This document shows positions 24,277 through 35,985 of a DNA stretch of 64,000 nucleotides, one piece after another. The notes beneath the pieces were generated by a model. It ran no database searches. It saw only the letters and a program-made list of their open reading frames with translations, and was not told the origin of the DNA. Made by a program: the position numbers and the translations under genes. Each line of letters begins with the position of its first letter. Position 1 is the stretch's first letter. Location: positions 470,592 to 534,591 of the forward strand of contig CAVTDF010000003.1 in NCBI GenBank assembly GCA_963733445.1, read 5' to 3'. This DNA is from an uncultured Methanobacteriaceae archaeon. GTDB taxonomy: Archaea; Methanobacteriota; Methanobacteria; Methanobacteriales; Methanobacteriaceae.

Positions 24277-24969
24277 ATGGCAGAACTGAGGTATGATTCA
24301 GGAAATGTAATATCTCCAAATGTTCACAGAATAGGTATTCTGGCAATAGGATCCAACCTTGAAAATCATGGAGCAGCCCTCCCAATAGATACTGACTCAA
24401 AAATAGCTGCATACATTGGACTTCAAGCATCTTTAATTACTGGTGCAAAGTTTCTCGGCATTCTTTACGCCGCTACCGAGTATCCTCATATAGATCACGG
24501 TGTGCATCTTAAACCAAAGAACTTAATTGAAAATCAACTGATACCTACTCTCAAATCCGCAAAAAAATGTTTGGATCTGGACAAGGTTGTTCTTGTAAAC
24601 GGCCATGGAGGTAATTTACTCATTAAAAATTACATTGAGGATATTCAGAAACAAACAGGACTTAAAATTGTTTTCAACAACAAGATCGTAGAAATAGAAG
24701 GACCACACGCAGGAACAGGTGAAATATCAATAGGAGCCCTTCTAGGATTTCTGGATGTATCAAAAGTCGAAGAACACTGTAATTTTGATAAGTACCCTGA
24801 AGTGGGAATGGTTGGTCTTAAAAAAGCAAGGGAAATGGATGAAGAAATTGACAAGGGTGCAATGGAAGTTGAACAACTGGGGGTATGTGTGGATATGAAC
24901 CTTGGTGAATCACTCCTCGAAAATGCAATAGTGGATGTCATTAAGAATATTAAAGAAATTGTAAAATAA
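24277..24969 (+). CDS. arfB: Creatininase-family deformylase ArfB (archaeal riboflavin/F420 pathway)
   Basis: [27 protein letters not shown]. Confidence 0.85.
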   Translation: MAELRYDSGNVISPNVHRIGILAIGSNLENHGAALPIDTDSKIAAYIGLQASLITGAKFLGILYAATEYPHIDHGVHLKPKNLIENQLIPTLKSAKKCLDLDKVVLVNGHGGNLLIKNYIEDIQKQTGLKIVFNNKIVEIEGPHAGTGEISIGALLGFLDVSKVEEHCNFDKYPEVGMVGLKKAREMDEEIDKGAMEVEQLGVCVDMNLGESLLENAIVDVIKNIKEIVK

Positions 24970-24973
24970 AATA

Positions 24974-27478
24974 TTAATTTTCTATCTTTTTAATTAACTG
25001 AGTGCATTCATCAACTATTTTAACTTTATTAAAAGAATCTGCAATCCTTCTTATAGCTTCTAATGCTCTTATTAATGAATCTAACCATGAGAATATATCG
25101 CCAGCATAAGCATGTATTCCATAATCCTTTAAGAGCTTTTTACTGATATCTGCAGGATCATACTTTAACATTCTATACTTCAACATTTTCAAGGACAGCT
25201 CCTCCTGGAAACAGTCACAAAATGGTCTGTCCTTGCATCTGCAGGATAAAAATTCCATCTGTAGGTTGATGAGTAGTTCTTGAAACTTAGGTTCCAGCTT
25301 TGAAATTGCATCAGCAGAACTTAATATATCAAGGGTTGAGTCTGCAAAAAGCCTAGATGATATATTAGCCTTTAACGCCCTTGCTAGTTTCTGACTTATA
25401 AGAGATGATAAATAGGCATTTTCAAATGGTTTTAAACCTGTTGCTATGTCAAGTGGTTTTAATGACTTTTCAGATGTTATACTAATTTTAATATGATCGG
25501 CATCCTCATAATTTAAAAATGACATTGAAACCGCACGCCCATAACGTGTTGGTAATATTGAACCCTTCCGCTCAACTGCAAATCCAAAATCCAAAATCAG
25601 GTTACATGCCATATCAATACTTATTGGAATATCTTCTTTACTGTAGGTAATTTTAAGTTCGCTAATGTTGTGGGCTGTTCCTGCACATATATCTGAAAGC
25701 ATTTGCTCGACAACAGCTTCTTCTGTGTAGTGTACATTTATAGGTTCAACATCGCTTTCTAAAAGTGCAACAGCACGCATGTCCTCTGTTTCATCATCGT
25801 ACTTTAATCCTATTTCGGGAATTAAATACACCTTGCCCAAATCATGGTATGACGGTCTTCCAGCCCTACCAAGCATCTGTGAAAACTCATTAGGTGTTAA
25901 CCATTTATTACCCATCGTTAATGTTTCAAATATAACCTGTGAAGCTGGGAAATCCACTCCTGCTGCAAGTGCAGCAGTTGTTACAACTGTTGATATTTTT
26001 TGCTTTAAGAAATCCTTTTCTATTTTTGTTTTCTTAGAATAAGAAAGTCCTGCATGATAAGCTGCAGCATTAACTCCCCTTTTAACCAAATAATCTGATA
26101 TAGAATGGGTTTTTCTCCGGGAGTTAGTGAATATGATGGTCTGACCCTTAAACCCCTTAACCGATATATTCTTGTATTCCTGCCTTGCAAGTTTTTGCAT
26201 GATGTCCTCCTTATCATGCTCAGATCTAGCAAAAATCAAATGTCTCTCCAATGGAACTGGACGTTTGTCATATTCAACTAGTTTCATTTTGAACTCTTCG
26301 GCTATTTCAAGGGGATTTTTAACTGTTGCGGACAAGCCTATGATTTGAAGATCAGGAAAAAGAGTCTGTAATCTTCTTATTAACCCTTTGAGACGAGGAC
26401 CCCTTTCCTCATCATCTAACATATGTATCTCGTCCACAACTACAGTGCCGAGTTTTCCAAGTTCAGATGCCTTTCCTGATCTTAAAAGAAAATCAAGTCC
26501 CTCATAAGTACCTACTACAATTTCTGCATCTTTAACACGTTCATCGTGTATTGAAAGTTCCTCTTTAGCATTTATCCTACTCATTCCAACTCTTATCGAC
26601 ACATTAAGACCGAGTTTTTTGTATTTCTTTTTAAAATCCCTGTATTTCTGGTTTGCAAGCGCCACTAGAGGAGTTAGGAATATGAATTTTTCACCTTTCA
26701 TTGCACCTGGTACTCCTGCAAGTTCGCCTATAAGAGTTTTTCCGCTAGCAGTTGCAGAGACCACCAGAATGTTTTCACCTTCAAGGATCCCATTATCCAA
26801 TGTAAGTGCTTGTACAGGTAGTAAATGCTCACCATGACCTTTTAATATATTTTTAAGTTCCAAAGGGATATTAAGGTCGTCCATTCTCACCTTAACATCC
26901 TGTTCACTTCCTGTGCTTATCTTATCGTAAAGAGTTAGTTTAGGGTTTTTCACAGGGTTAAACCTTGGATCGAACATACTTAAAACAAGTTTTAAATCGC
27001 CGGTTTTGTCGAGTATTCTTTTGAAATTCTCAAATGTACTCATGTCAAATGATCGGGCTTTTAATTCCCTTTTTATCTCTTCTTCTGCACATTTTCTGCA
27101 GATATACTCATTATGGTAAAGATAAGAAGAATCCCTCCGTATTAAAGTAATAAAACCTTCAAAAGTGCAGTGTCTACACATAAGTGTTCTTCTAAATGGT
27201 ATATCCAAAGATTTTAACATTTCTTCGGTTTCAGGGTCTTCTCCTATAAGATAAACATTCTGTTTTCTTAAAATTTTAATAGCTTCACTAGGAGGTAAGA
27301 GAGTCTCATTTTCAGAATCCTTTTTTACTATGAACTTGTAAGGTCTTACTTTATCCTCTGTCCTTTTGAGCTTGAGAAAACCATAAAATAAGGGCTGTCT
27401 TCTTGTATTAACAGCACCTTTGGCACTGCCTATTGGGAACATCTCCAATATCTTCTTGTTTTTCCTTAGAATTATCAT
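24974..27478 (-). CDS. Ski2-like DEAD/DEAH helicase with N-terminal accessory (DUF5814-like) domain
   Basis: SATASGKT, DEIH, LSAT, QMLGRAGR; C..C and C.C....C.C zinc motifs. Confidence 0.9.
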   Translation of the reverse strand: MIILRKNKKILEMFPIGSAKGAVNTRRQPLFYGFLKLKRTEDKVRPYKFIVKKDSENETLLPPSEAIKILRKQNVYLIGEDPETEEMLKSLDIPFRRTLMCRHCTFEGFITLIRRDSSYLYHNEYICRKCAEEEIKRELKARSFDMSTFENFKRILDKTGDLKLVLSMFDPRFNPVKNPKLTLYDKISTGSEQDVKVRMDDLNIPLELKNILKGHGEHLLPVQALTLDNGILEGENILVVSATASGKTLIGELAGVPGAMKGEKFIFLTPLVALANQKYRDFKKKYKKLGLNVSIRVGMSRINAKEELSIHDERVKDAEIVVGTYEGLDFLLRSGKASELGKLGTVVVDEIHMLDDEERGPRLKGLIRRLQTLFPDLQIIGLSATVKNPLEIAEEFKMKLVEYDKRPVPLERHLIFARSEHDKEDIMQKLARQEYKNISVKGFKGQTIIFTNSRRKTHSISDYLVKRGVNAAAYHAGLSYSKKTKIEKDFLKQKISTVVTTAALAAGVDFPASQVIFETLTMGNKWLTPNEFSQMLGRAGRPSYHDLGKVYLIPEIGLKYDDETEDMRAVALLESDVEPINVHYTEEAVVEQMLSDICAGTAHNISELKITYSKEDIPISIDMACNLILDFGFAVERKGSILPTRYGRAVSMSFLNYEDADHIKISITSEKSLKPLDIATGLKPFENAYLSSLISQKLARALKANISSRLFADSTLDILSSADAISKLEPKFQELLINLQMEFLSCRCKDRPFCDCFQEELSLKMLKYRMLKYDPADISKKLLKDYGIHAYAGDIFSWLDSLIRALEAIRRIADSFNKVKIVDECTQLIKKIEN

Positions 27479-27612
27479 AATTTTTATATAGTATTTAGTA
27501 CTGTCTAGAAGGTGAATTTAATGTTCATATATAATATGATCAACAAAATAGAAGTTTTTACACTTAAAAAGTCAAGAATCGGGTAATTTTTTTACCCAAT
27601 CTAAAAATACAA

Positions 27613-29277
27613 TTAATTTAAATCTTCTTCTTGTTCGTCACTAATCTTTAAAAGTTCAATAGCCTGCTCTCTAAGTTTAAATTTCATAATTTTACCGCTT
27701 GCAGTTAAAGGAAAGCCATCAACAAAGAAGACGTGCTTAGGCACCTTATAACGAGCAATTTTTTTAAATGAATAGTCTCTAATATCCTCTTCCTCAAGTG
27801 TAATGTTATCTTCAAGTATAACAAATGCTCCAACAATCTCACCGTACTTATCATCTGGAATACCTACAACCTGCACATCTTTAATTCCAGGCATTGTATA
27901 AAAAAATTCCTCTATTTCACGTGGATAAATGTTTTCTCCACCTCGAATTATCATATCTTTAATACGGCCCACGATGGTATAATTACCATCTTCATCTACT
28001 GTAGCTAGATCTCCGCTGTGAAGCCATCCTTCTTCATCAATTGCCTCGGCTGTTTTATCGGGCATTTTATAATAACCCTTCATAACGTTGTAACCTCTAC
28101 TGCAAATCTCACCAGGTTTTTCTCCAGGTCCAATATCTTCTCCAGTTTCTGGATCAACTAATTTAACCTCACATTCTGGCAGTTTTCTCCCTACCGTTTC
28201 AACTTTTATTTCAACAGGATCATTTACACTAGTCTGTGTAAATCCAGGAGAACCTTCAGTTAGACCATAGACAATTGTTACATCTTTCATGTACATGTCC
28301 TTCATTACTTTCTTCATGGCCTCTACAGGACATGTTGAACCTGCCATTATCCCGGTTCTAAGTGATGAAAGATCAAACAGGTCAAACATTGGATGTGAAA
28401 ATTCAGCAATGAACATGGTTGGAACACCGTAGAGTGATGTGCATTTTTCTTTTTGAACAGCTGCTAGAACCATTAAAGGATCGAACTGTTCAAGCATTAC
28501 ATGAGATGCACCATGAGTCAATATGGCCATAACACCAAGTGTTATTCCAAAACAGTGAAATAATGGTACTGGGAGACATACTCTGTCCTCATCAGTATAT
28601 TTCATTCTTTCTCCAATGTAATATCCATTATTAATAATATTTCTGTGTGTTAACATCACACCTTTTGGAAAACCGGTAGTTCCTGATGTATACTGCATAC
28701 ATACTACATCTTCATTATTAAAAGTTTTTTTAGCATCTAAAAGCACCTTGTTGTCGGTGTGCTTGCCTAGAAGCAATAATTCATTGGTATTATAAAGTCC
28801 ACGATGCTTCTCCTGACCAACATAAATTACATTTTTAAGATATGGATATTCATTGCTATTCAAATTGCCCCTATTGCTTGTTTTAAGCTCTGGAACGAGT
28901 TCATATAATATATCTAAGTAATTCACATCCCTAAATCCATCTGTTATAGCAATGGCTTTCATATCCGATTGTTTTAAAACATAATCAATTTCGTGACTTT
29001 TATAAGAAGTGTTCACAGTTACAAGGACTGCACCAATCTTTGCAGTCGCAAAAAAGAATGTCAGCCAGTCGGGAACATTGAGAGCCCACATTCCAACATG
29101 GTCTCCCTTTCCAATGCCAATGGAAAGTAATCCCTTTGCTAGCATATTAACACGTTCATCAAACTCCTTGTAAGTAAATCTAAGGTTCCTATCAGGGTAA
29201 ATCATAAAATCCTTTTCATGATTCGTTTTAACCTGTTTTTCAAGGAAGTTTCCAATGGTCTCTTCGGTAAAAAGCAT
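27613..29277 (-). CDS. AMP-binding acyl-CoA synthetase
   Basis: [31 protein letters not shown]. Confidence 0.92.
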   Translation of the reverse strand: MLFTEETIGNFLEKQVKTNHEKDFMIYPDRNLRFTYKEFDERVNMLAKGLLSIGIGKGDHVGMWALNVPDWLTFFFATAKIGAVLVTVNTSYKSHEIDYVLKQSDMKAIAITDGFRDVNYLDILYELVPELKTSNRGNLNSNEYPYLKNVIYVGQEKHRGLYNTNELLLLGKHTDNKVLLDAKKTFNNEDVVCMQYTSGTTGFPKGVMLTHRNIINNGYYIGERMKYTDEDRVCLPVPLFHCFGITLGVMAILTHGASHVMLEQFDPLMVLAAVQKEKCTSLYGVPTMFIAEFSHPMFDLFDLSSLRTGIMAGSTCPVEAMKKVMKDMYMKDVTIVYGLTEGSPGFTQTSVNDPVEIKVETVGRKLPECEVKLVDPETGEDIGPGEKPGEICSRGYNVMKGYYKMPDKTAEAIDEEGWLHSGDLATVDEDGNYTIVGRIKDMIIRGGENIYPREIEEFFYTMPGIKDVQVVGIPDDKYGEIVGAFVILEDNITLEEEDIRDYSFKKIARYKVPKHVFFVDGFPLTASGKIMKFKLREQAIELLKISDEQEEDLN

Positions 29278-29340
29278 TTTCCCACCCCAAATTCATTTTA
29301 GTTATTATTACTGAAATATTCAGATGTAATCCTTATATTA

Positions 29341-29754
29341 TTAGTTATCTGATCCATCGGGCATCAGATGTTCGGTTAACTGTATTTTTATTGAGTCAGG
29401 TATTGGTAAACTCTTTTTTTCGATAAAATCAAAGTGCACAATAACTGCTTTTCCCCTGACCTTAAGTTTTCCATTCTGCCATGCCTCATGGCCCATTGTA
29501 AATGAGCTGTTTCCTATTTTTATTATAAATGTTCTGATCTCTACGTCTTCTCCATAGTACATTTCACATAGAAAGTCGAATTCTGTTCTTACCATTATGA
29601 GTTTCCAGTTTTCATAGCTAAGATCCAGATCAGGGGTGAACATTCTGAATATCGGATTTCTAGCTTGTTCAAACCATACAGCAAGTACTGTATTATTGAC
29701 ATGACGAAGTCCATCAATATCACCAAATCTTGGAGTTACAACTGTTTTATACAT
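29341..29754 (-). CDS. Hotdog-fold acyl-CoA thioesterase (4HBT-like)
   Basis: FGDIDGLRHVNN..W.EQAR. Confidence 0.88.
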   Translation of the reverse strand: MYKTVVTPRFGDIDGLRHVNNTVLAVWFEQARNPIFRMFTPDLDLSYENWKLIMVRTEFDFLCEMYYGEDVEIRTFIIKIGNSSFTMGHEAWQNGKLKVRGKAVIVHFDFIEKKSLPIPDSIKIQLTEHLMPDGSDN

Positions 29755-29809
29755 TTAATTCCTCTTGTTTGATCAAAAAATTATTGATTTAGATGTATTT
29801 GTTTGATAG

Positions 29810-30382
29810 TTAAATCGGTGTGTAGACCACTGCCAGTATTTTGGCATCACCATCATGGGCGTGAAGGTCATGGGGGACAACTGAATCGTAGTAAATACTA
29901 TCACCTTCAGAGACTAGATAAGTTTCTTTACCATAAAGAACTTCTATTTCACCATCCATGACAAAAATGAATTCTTCTCCCTCATGGGATGATAGTTGGT
30001 AATCATTTGTTTCGGGTGGATGTACATCTATTAAGAATGGTTCCATGTGCCTGTCTGTCTTGCCCGATGCAAGGGAATAGAAATCTAATGTACTGTCCTT
30101 TAGATTACTATTTTCACCAGAAAATCGCATCACATTCTCTGATTTGCCTGATTTAATTACAACAGGGCCTGTTTGCGGTGCATCATCTAAGAAAGTCCCA
30201 AGCCTCACGTTTAGGGCCTTTGCAATTTTTAACAATGGGGATAATGAAGGTATGAGTGCTCCACTTTCAAGTCTTTCAACCAGTTCGATACTGATCTGAC
30301 TTTCTCTTGCAAGTTCTTCTATTGAAATATTTTTACTCTCTCTTAATTGTCGTATTTTTTCTCCAACTCGGTTTTCTGGCAT
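29810..30382 (-). CDS. XRE-family regulator with C-terminal cupin
   Basis: N-terminal HTH_3 (IRQLRE..ISIEELA..LESG), [15 protein letters not shown]. Confidence 0.9.
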   Translation of the reverse strand: MPENRVGEKIRQLRESKNISIEELARESQISIELVERLESGALIPSLSPLLKIAKALNVRLGTFLDDAPQTGPVVIKSGKSENVMRFSGENSNLKDSTLDFYSLASGKTDRHMEPFLIDVHPPETNDYQLSSHEGEEFIFVMDGEIEVLYGKETYLVSEGDSIYYDSVVPHDLHAHDGDAKILAVVYTPI

Positions 30383-30559
30383 CTAATCACCTTTAAACAT
30401 CCTCATATGATATAAGTTATTAGTTTAACTATAATTAAATTGTTAAAATATTATGTTTTACAACTAATCTAATAATTTTATTTACTGATTTACCTATAAA
30501 TTTATAAATTATGATTCCATTTCTAAAAAAAATATGACTAGTATCTGTTATTCTGGATA

Positions 30560-30853
30560 TTATTTATTACTAGAATTTGTAGATTTATTGGAGTTTGTTG
30601 TGTTGTTTGCTGGTATTAAAGTGGTGGTGTTAGTCACATTCAAGACAATTCGTTTTGTAATATATACTGGTTGATAGTTAGGGTCTCCAATTGTAGTTAT
30701 CTGTTCTTGGTTGTTCAGATTTAAATTTGGCAAGGTTAAACCTTTGAGTTGATCATTTCCTATGTTGGCTACGTTTGCTGCAGATGCAACACCAAATGCA
30801 ATTAATGCAATCATTAAAACTATGAACACAGTTCCAGATTTCTTTGGATTCAT
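30560..30853 (-). CDS. Small secreted Asn/Thr-rich protein
   Basis: Signal peptide MNPKK-hydrophobic-ASA; low-complexity N/T/S tail. Confidence 0.6.
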   Translation of the reverse strand: MNPKKSGTVFIVLMIALIAFGVASAANVANIGNDQLKGLTLPNLNLNNQEQITTIGDPNYQPVYITKRIVLNVTNTTTLIPANNTTNSNKSTNSSNK

Positions 30854-31132
30854 TATTATCTACCCATATTTTTTATATATAAGAATTAAACTGTTATAAT
30901 TTTATAATTATTATTTAGTATATTTATTTGGTTAAATATCGATGGAATTTGTACTTTTTTGTTCAAATCCATTTATTTCTATTACTTTGCTATATTACTC
31001 TAATGATTTATATGCTACCACTGGATTTCAATAAATAAAATAAGTAACATGTATTAAAATCATATTTAATGATAGAATTGAATCTAATACGAAAATATGT
31101 CATGGATTCCTGCATTTTAATATTTCAGGAGT

Positions 31133-32908
31133 TTATTCTACAGTAACACATTTAGCAAGGTTTTTAGGTTTATCCGGATCAATTCCTCTCTCAATACTGA
31201 TGTAATAGGATAGAAGTTGTAATGGTACTACGTAGGTTATAGGAGATAACATTTCAGTTATTTCCTCTTTCAGTCCAATAATGTCATCAGCTTCTGATCT
31301 TAAAGCTTCATCTTCGGATGATCCGACTGCAATTATTCTTGCACCTCTAGCCTTAACCTCTTCAATGTTACTTAAAGTCTTATCATGACTGTCTCCAGGA
31401 GGCACAACTGCCAAAACAGGGACATCGTCATCAATAAGTGCTAATGGACCATGTTTTAGTTCTCCTGCAGCATAGCCTTCCCCATGTATGTAGGTTATTT
31501 CTTTAAGTTTCAAGGCACCTTCCAATGCAGTAGGATACGAAAATCCACGTCCGATAAAGAAGAAATCATATGAATCTTTGTATTTCTTTGCTATTCGAAT
31601 TATTTCGTCCTCCATTCCTAGCGCATCTTTCACATAGCTTGGAACTAATTGAAGGGTTTCCAAAAGTTTGTTATCCCCGTCCATTGCAATAGCAAGCATA
31701 TAAATACTAATTAATTGACTTATATAGGTTTTTGTAGCTGCAACACCTATCTCCGGTCCAGCCCTAGTATATATAACATGATCAGCAACTCTTGTAGCTG
31801 TACTTCCTAAAACATTAACTATTACAAGTGTTTCTGACTTTTTATTTGCTATCTTCAGGGCTTTAAGGGTGTCTGCTGTTTCTCCAGACTGACTTATTAA
31901 TATGACAAGTGTTTCTGCATCAAGTGCTCCTTCAGAGAATTTGAATTCAGAGGCCAGTACTAAATCTGTTGGGATTCCTAAAAGAGTTTCAAATAAATAT
32001 TTCCCAACAAAAGATGCATGATAAGATGTTCCACATGCAACAAAACAAATTCTTTTGAATTTAGGAAACTTTGTTACTACCTTTTCAATTTCTGAGAATT
32101 CCATAAGTGTATTTTTTATTACTTCAGGTTGTTCATGAATTTCCTTTAACATAAAGTGTTTGTAACCACCCTTTTCTGCCATATCCGAAGTCCATTCAAT
32201 AATATGTACTTTTTTATCTAGAACATTTCCATCCATATCTTTTATTAAAACCCCATTAGGGTTTAAAATAACCATCTCATTATCATTGAGGTAGATAACC
32301 TTCTTGGTGTGTTTTAATATTGCTGGAACGTCCGATGCAATAAATGACTCAGTTTCTCCAACACCCACTATTAACGGGCTCTCCTTTCTAACACCTATTA
32401 TTTTATTTGGTTCATCAGCAGAAATGGCAGCTATTGCATAGGATCCTTGAATATCCTTTGTTGCCAACCTAGTAGCTGCTTCTAAACCATTTCCCATTTC
32501 CATATACTTCTCAATTAAGTGAGCTACAACTTCGGTATCTGTTTCTGAAGTAAATATATGGCCTTCATCCTGAAGTGTATCCTTTAATTCCTTGTAATTC
32601 TCAATTATTCCATTATGAACAACTGCGATCCTCTTTTTACAGTCTGTATGAGGATGGGCATTATTTCCAGTTGGAAGTCCATGAGTTGCCCATCTAACAT
32701 GTGCTATTCCCATATTACCTGGAATATTAGTTAAATCCAACCTTTTCTGGACATCATCTATTTTTCCTTCATCTTTCTTTATATATATGTCCCCAGAAAG
32801 TGTTGCTATTCCAACAGAGTCATATCCTCTGTATTCCAACCTTCGAACGCACTCTAAAAGTACAGGTGCTGCTTTATCGTTAAGTAAACAAGCTACAATT
32901 CCACACAT
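31133..32908 (-). CDS. glmS: Glutamine-fructose-6-phosphate aminotransferase
   Basis: [47 protein letters not shown]. Confidence 0.97.
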   Translation of the reverse strand: MCGIVACLLNDKAAPVLLECVRRLEYRGYDSVGIATLSGDIYIKKDEGKIDDVQKRLDLTNIPGNMGIAHVRWATHGLPTGNNAHPHTDCKKRIAVVHNGIIENYKELKDTLQDEGHIFTSETDTEVVAHLIEKYMEMGNGLEAATRLATKDIQGSYAIAAISADEPNKIIGVRKESPLIVGVGETESFIASDVPAILKHTKKVIYLNDNEMVILNPNGVLIKDMDGNVLDKKVHIIEWTSDMAEKGGYKHFMLKEIHEQPEVIKNTLMEFSEIEKVVTKFPKFKRICFVACGTSYHASFVGKYLFETLLGIPTDLVLASEFKFSEGALDAETLVILISQSGETADTLKALKIANKKSETLVIVNVLGSTATRVADHVIYTRAGPEIGVAATKTYISQLISIYMLAIAMDGDNKLLETLQLVPSYVKDALGMEDEIIRIAKKYKDSYDFFFIGRGFSYPTALEGALKLKEITYIHGEGYAAGELKHGPLALIDDDVPVLAVVPPGDSHDKTLSNIEEVKARGARIIAVGSSEDEALRSEADDIIGLKEEITEMLSPITYVVPLQLLSYYISIERGIDPDKPKNLAKCVTVE

Positions 32909-33291
32909 GATTTCACCAGAAAGTCATAGATGATTCTTTGATCTTTTTTTAAATAAGCAATCAAATATTTTTAAATCAACAAAATTTGAGATATCTTGAA
33001 AAAAACTCATATATCAAATATGAATCTTTGCATTTATTCTTATTTATTATTTTATGACTACCAATATCATATAAATTATCATGGTTTTACAATGATTCAA
33101 ATGTGAATACTGTAAAAAACTAGCAGATCATAACGTTTAATAAAAAATTATTGTTTATTCACTGTTTTATCTATCCAAAAAAAATTTGGATTTATATTAA
33201 AAACTAAGATTTCAATCCAAAAAAAATATTCTTGATCATAATTTATTGACGATTTTTTTTATTTTTAATAACTTAATTATCAAATTGTTTT

Positions 33292-34545
33292 CTACTTGGA
33301 TATGGTTAAAATATCCATATTTACTTCTTTAAGGTTATCACATCCAGTAAGAAACATGGCTTTCTTAAGATCATCTTTAACATACTTGTAATACATCTTA
33401 ACTGCTACTTCTCCTCCCGATATGGACATTCTTGCTAGAGGTCTGCCTATCAGTGCTATATCAGCACCTAAAGCAAGTACTTTTAACACATCAAATCCTG
33501 TTCTAACAGCACCGTCTGCCATAATCGGAATTTTTCCAGATATCTCATTTGCAATTTCTGGAAGTACTTCTGCCATTCCCTGACCACCATCAAGGACCCT
33601 ACCACCATGATTAGATACATAACACCCACTAGCACCCGAATCTAATACTTTAATCGCATCTTCGATGCACATGATCCCTTTAAAGATTACTGGTTTCTCT
33701 GTGGAGTCAACCAGTTCGGTTATGTCTTTTTCACTTTTTCTATAGACTGGTTTATTAGAAGCATTCCAATAGGTAGACCCAGCCCCATCCAGATCAACAC
33801 CAACTGCGATTGTGTTCATTTCATCTGCCAGACTTATCAACTGTAAAAGTCGCTCTTGTGACTGTGGTTTGAATATTGGTATGCCCCACCCATTGTTTTC
33901 GCCTACAATGTTAACTCCCAGATCATCAGGGCTCCCTGGAGTATTTCCTACCAATCCTATTGAACCCGATGACATTGCCCCCTTTAAAAGGCCCCTGTAT
34001 AATGCATCTTCAGGTATAACATCATTCATACTGGTTTTAACACCTGAAACACTGGCACCCATGAACGGTACGGCAATTTTCTTATCAAATATTGAAGTAG
34101 ACATTTTTGGTGTATTATGAGGCTTGATTACCCGCATCTTCAGTTTGTATCTTTGCAAAGAATTGTAATTAGCCTCAAAAGTTTTTCCCTGTCCTGCACC
34201 ACCAAACCCTATTGGTGCGCCAAACTTTTGACCAGTACACGTTCTGTCAGGTTGACCATCACAAACTGAAAACTCTCCACAGATACCAACAAGCATCTTC
34301 CGGGCTATTGAACGATAGTAATTCAAATCTTTAGTATCATGCTGTGTTTCAGTGTATGCTGTCATTTTAAGGGAAAAAATATCATCACGAACCTCTTGAA
34401 GATACTCTTTAGGCATTCCACAAACAGGACAAAGCCATGAATCTGGAAAATCCTCAATCTTTGTTCCAGGTTCTAGTTTAGTGTCCGAATCTCCCTTTTC
34501 ATCATCATATGCATAAATATTGCAGTAAGTGCAGATGTATTTCAT
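33292..34545 (-). CDS. Rubredoxin-fused FMN-dependent alpha-hydroxy-acid oxidase family protein
   Basis: N-terminal CTYC...WLCPVCG rubredoxin; IFKG, SNHGGRVLD, DGAVRTG, LIGRP FMN-oxidase motifs. Confidence 0.85.
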   Translation of the reverse strand: MKYICTYCNIYAYDDEKGDSDTKLEPGTKIEDFPDSWLCPVCGMPKEYLQEVRDDIFSLKMTAYTETQHDTKDLNYYRSIARKMLVGICGEFSVCDGQPDRTCTGQKFGAPIGFGGAGQGKTFEANYNSLQRYKLKMRVIKPHNTPKMSTSIFDKKIAVPFMGASVSGVKTSMNDVIPEDALYRGLLKGAMSSGSIGLVGNTPGSPDDLGVNIVGENNGWGIPIFKPQSQERLLQLISLADEMNTIAVGVDLDGAGSTYWNASNKPVYRKSEKDITELVDSTEKPVIFKGIMCIEDAIKVLDSGASGCYVSNHGGRVLDGGQGMAEVLPEIANEISGKIPIMADGAVRTGFDVLKVLALGADIALIGRPLARMSISGGEVAVKMYYKYVKDDLKKAMFLTGCDNLKEVNMDILTISK

Positions 34546-34581
34546 TTAATTCACCGCCTCATCTTAAATAAGGTCCCGTTC

Positions 34582-35985
34582 CTATTTTATTTCAGAGTAA
34601 CAATTTTTTGATATTATTTTTAAATCAAACAACTTGTCTGCTTCATCGGCCGAAAGAATTCCCCTTTCCACAACCAAATCCCGGATCGATTCCTTCTTTT
34701 CCAAAGCTTCCTTGGCAATTTCAGCTGCTTTCAAGTAGCCTATCTTGGGAGAAAGAAGTGTTACAAGACTTGGATTCATTCCAGCAATATTTCTTAATTT
34801 TTCCTCATCTATCCTGATGCCTTCTATAGAATTTGACTGGAAGACAGGAAGATAATTATTCATTAATTTAAGTGATTCGAGAATATTAGAAGTCATAATA
34901 GGAGTCATTACATTCAATTCAAGCTGTCCAGCTTGAGCAGCAATGGATACAGTTGTATCATTTCCTATGATCTGAAATGAAACCATGTTTAAACATTCTG
35001 CCATAACAGGATTAACTTTTCCAGGCATAATAGATGATCCAGGTTGAACAGGAGGTAAAATTATCTCACCAAGTCCCGCTGTTGGACCTGATCCCATAAG
35101 ACGTAGATCGTTTGCTATTCTTACCAATTCGATTGCAAATTCCCTGAGCGCCCCTGAAAATGCAGCCATCTGTGACCTGCTCTGTAATGATTCATGACTG
35201 TTGATTGCAGGAACGAGATCAAGGGATGTAAGTTCTACAAGATTTTTAATAACCTTATCCCGATATGATGGTGGTGTGTTAACTCCTGTTCCAGTAGCAG
35301 TGCCACCGATAGCTATTTCTAAAAGATCGTTCCTACGTTCATGAATTCTCCTTCCTGCTCGGGTTATTGCACTGCTGTATGCAAGGAATTCATCACCAAT
35401 GGTCACAGGCATTGCATCCATCAAATGCGTACGCCCAGATTTTGGTATTGAAATCATCTCCTCACCTTTACGTTTGAATGAAAGACTTAAATCTTTAATA
35501 ACATTTTGGAGGGTATCTGATTCCAAAATAATAGCAATATGTGATGCTGTGGGAAAGGTGTCATTGCTGGACTGTGACTTGTTTACATGATCATTGGGGC
35601 TTAAATACTTATAATCACCCTTTTCTCTACCTATAATCTCAAGTGCGCGATTTGCAATCACTTCGTTGATATTCATGTTAAACGAAGTGCCTGCCCCTGC
35701 CTGAAATAAATCAACTGGAAATTGATCTGCCAACTTTCCAACTAAAATCTCATCTGCAGCTTTTAAAATAGCCTCACCCCTTAGATTATCGAGAGAATTT
35801 AACTCCATATTGGTAAGTGCAGCTGCTTTTTTTACAATCACATAAGCCCTTATAAGTTCAGAGCTTTCACCTCGACCGCTAACTGGGAAATTCTCTACTG
35901 CACGTAGGGTTTGGATGCCATAGTATGTCGTGGCAGGTATCTCTTTCTTGCCTAATGAATCCTTTTCCATCCGGGTTTTCATCAT
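34582..35985 (-). CDS. aspA: Aspartate ammonia-lyase / class II fumarase superfamily (AspA-like)
   Basis: GSSIMPGKVNP, GRTHLMDA; QAGAGTS.NMN resembles AspA more than FumC (QTGSGT). Confidence 0.75.
   Translation of the reverse strand: MMKTRMEKDSLGKKEIPATTYYGIQTLRAVENFPVSGRGESSELIRAYVIVKKAAALTNMELNSLDNLRGEAILKAADEILVGKLADQFPVDLFQAGAGTSFNMNINEVIANRALEIIGREKGDYKYLSPNDHVNKSQSSNDTFPTASHIAIILESDTLQNVIKDLSLSFKRKGEEMISIPKSGRTHLMDAMPVTIGDEFLAYSSAITRAGRRIHERRNDLLEIAIGGTATGTGVNTPPSYRDKVIKNLVELTSLDLVPAINSHESLQSRSQMAAFSGALREFAIELVRIANDLRLMGSGPTAGLGEIILPPVQPGSSIMPGKVNPVMAECLNMVSFQIIGNDTTVSIAAQAGQLELNVMTPIMTSNILESLKLMNNYLPVFQSNSIEGIRIDEEKLRNIAGMNPSLVTLLSPKIGYLKAAEIAKEALEKKESIRDLVVERGILSADEADKLFDLKIISKNCYSEIK

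Noticed and set aside
27581-27597. GGGTAA-T5-TTACCC hairpin
   Set aside because: Short, sits just after the acyl-CoA synthetase stop; most simply a terminator-associated structure
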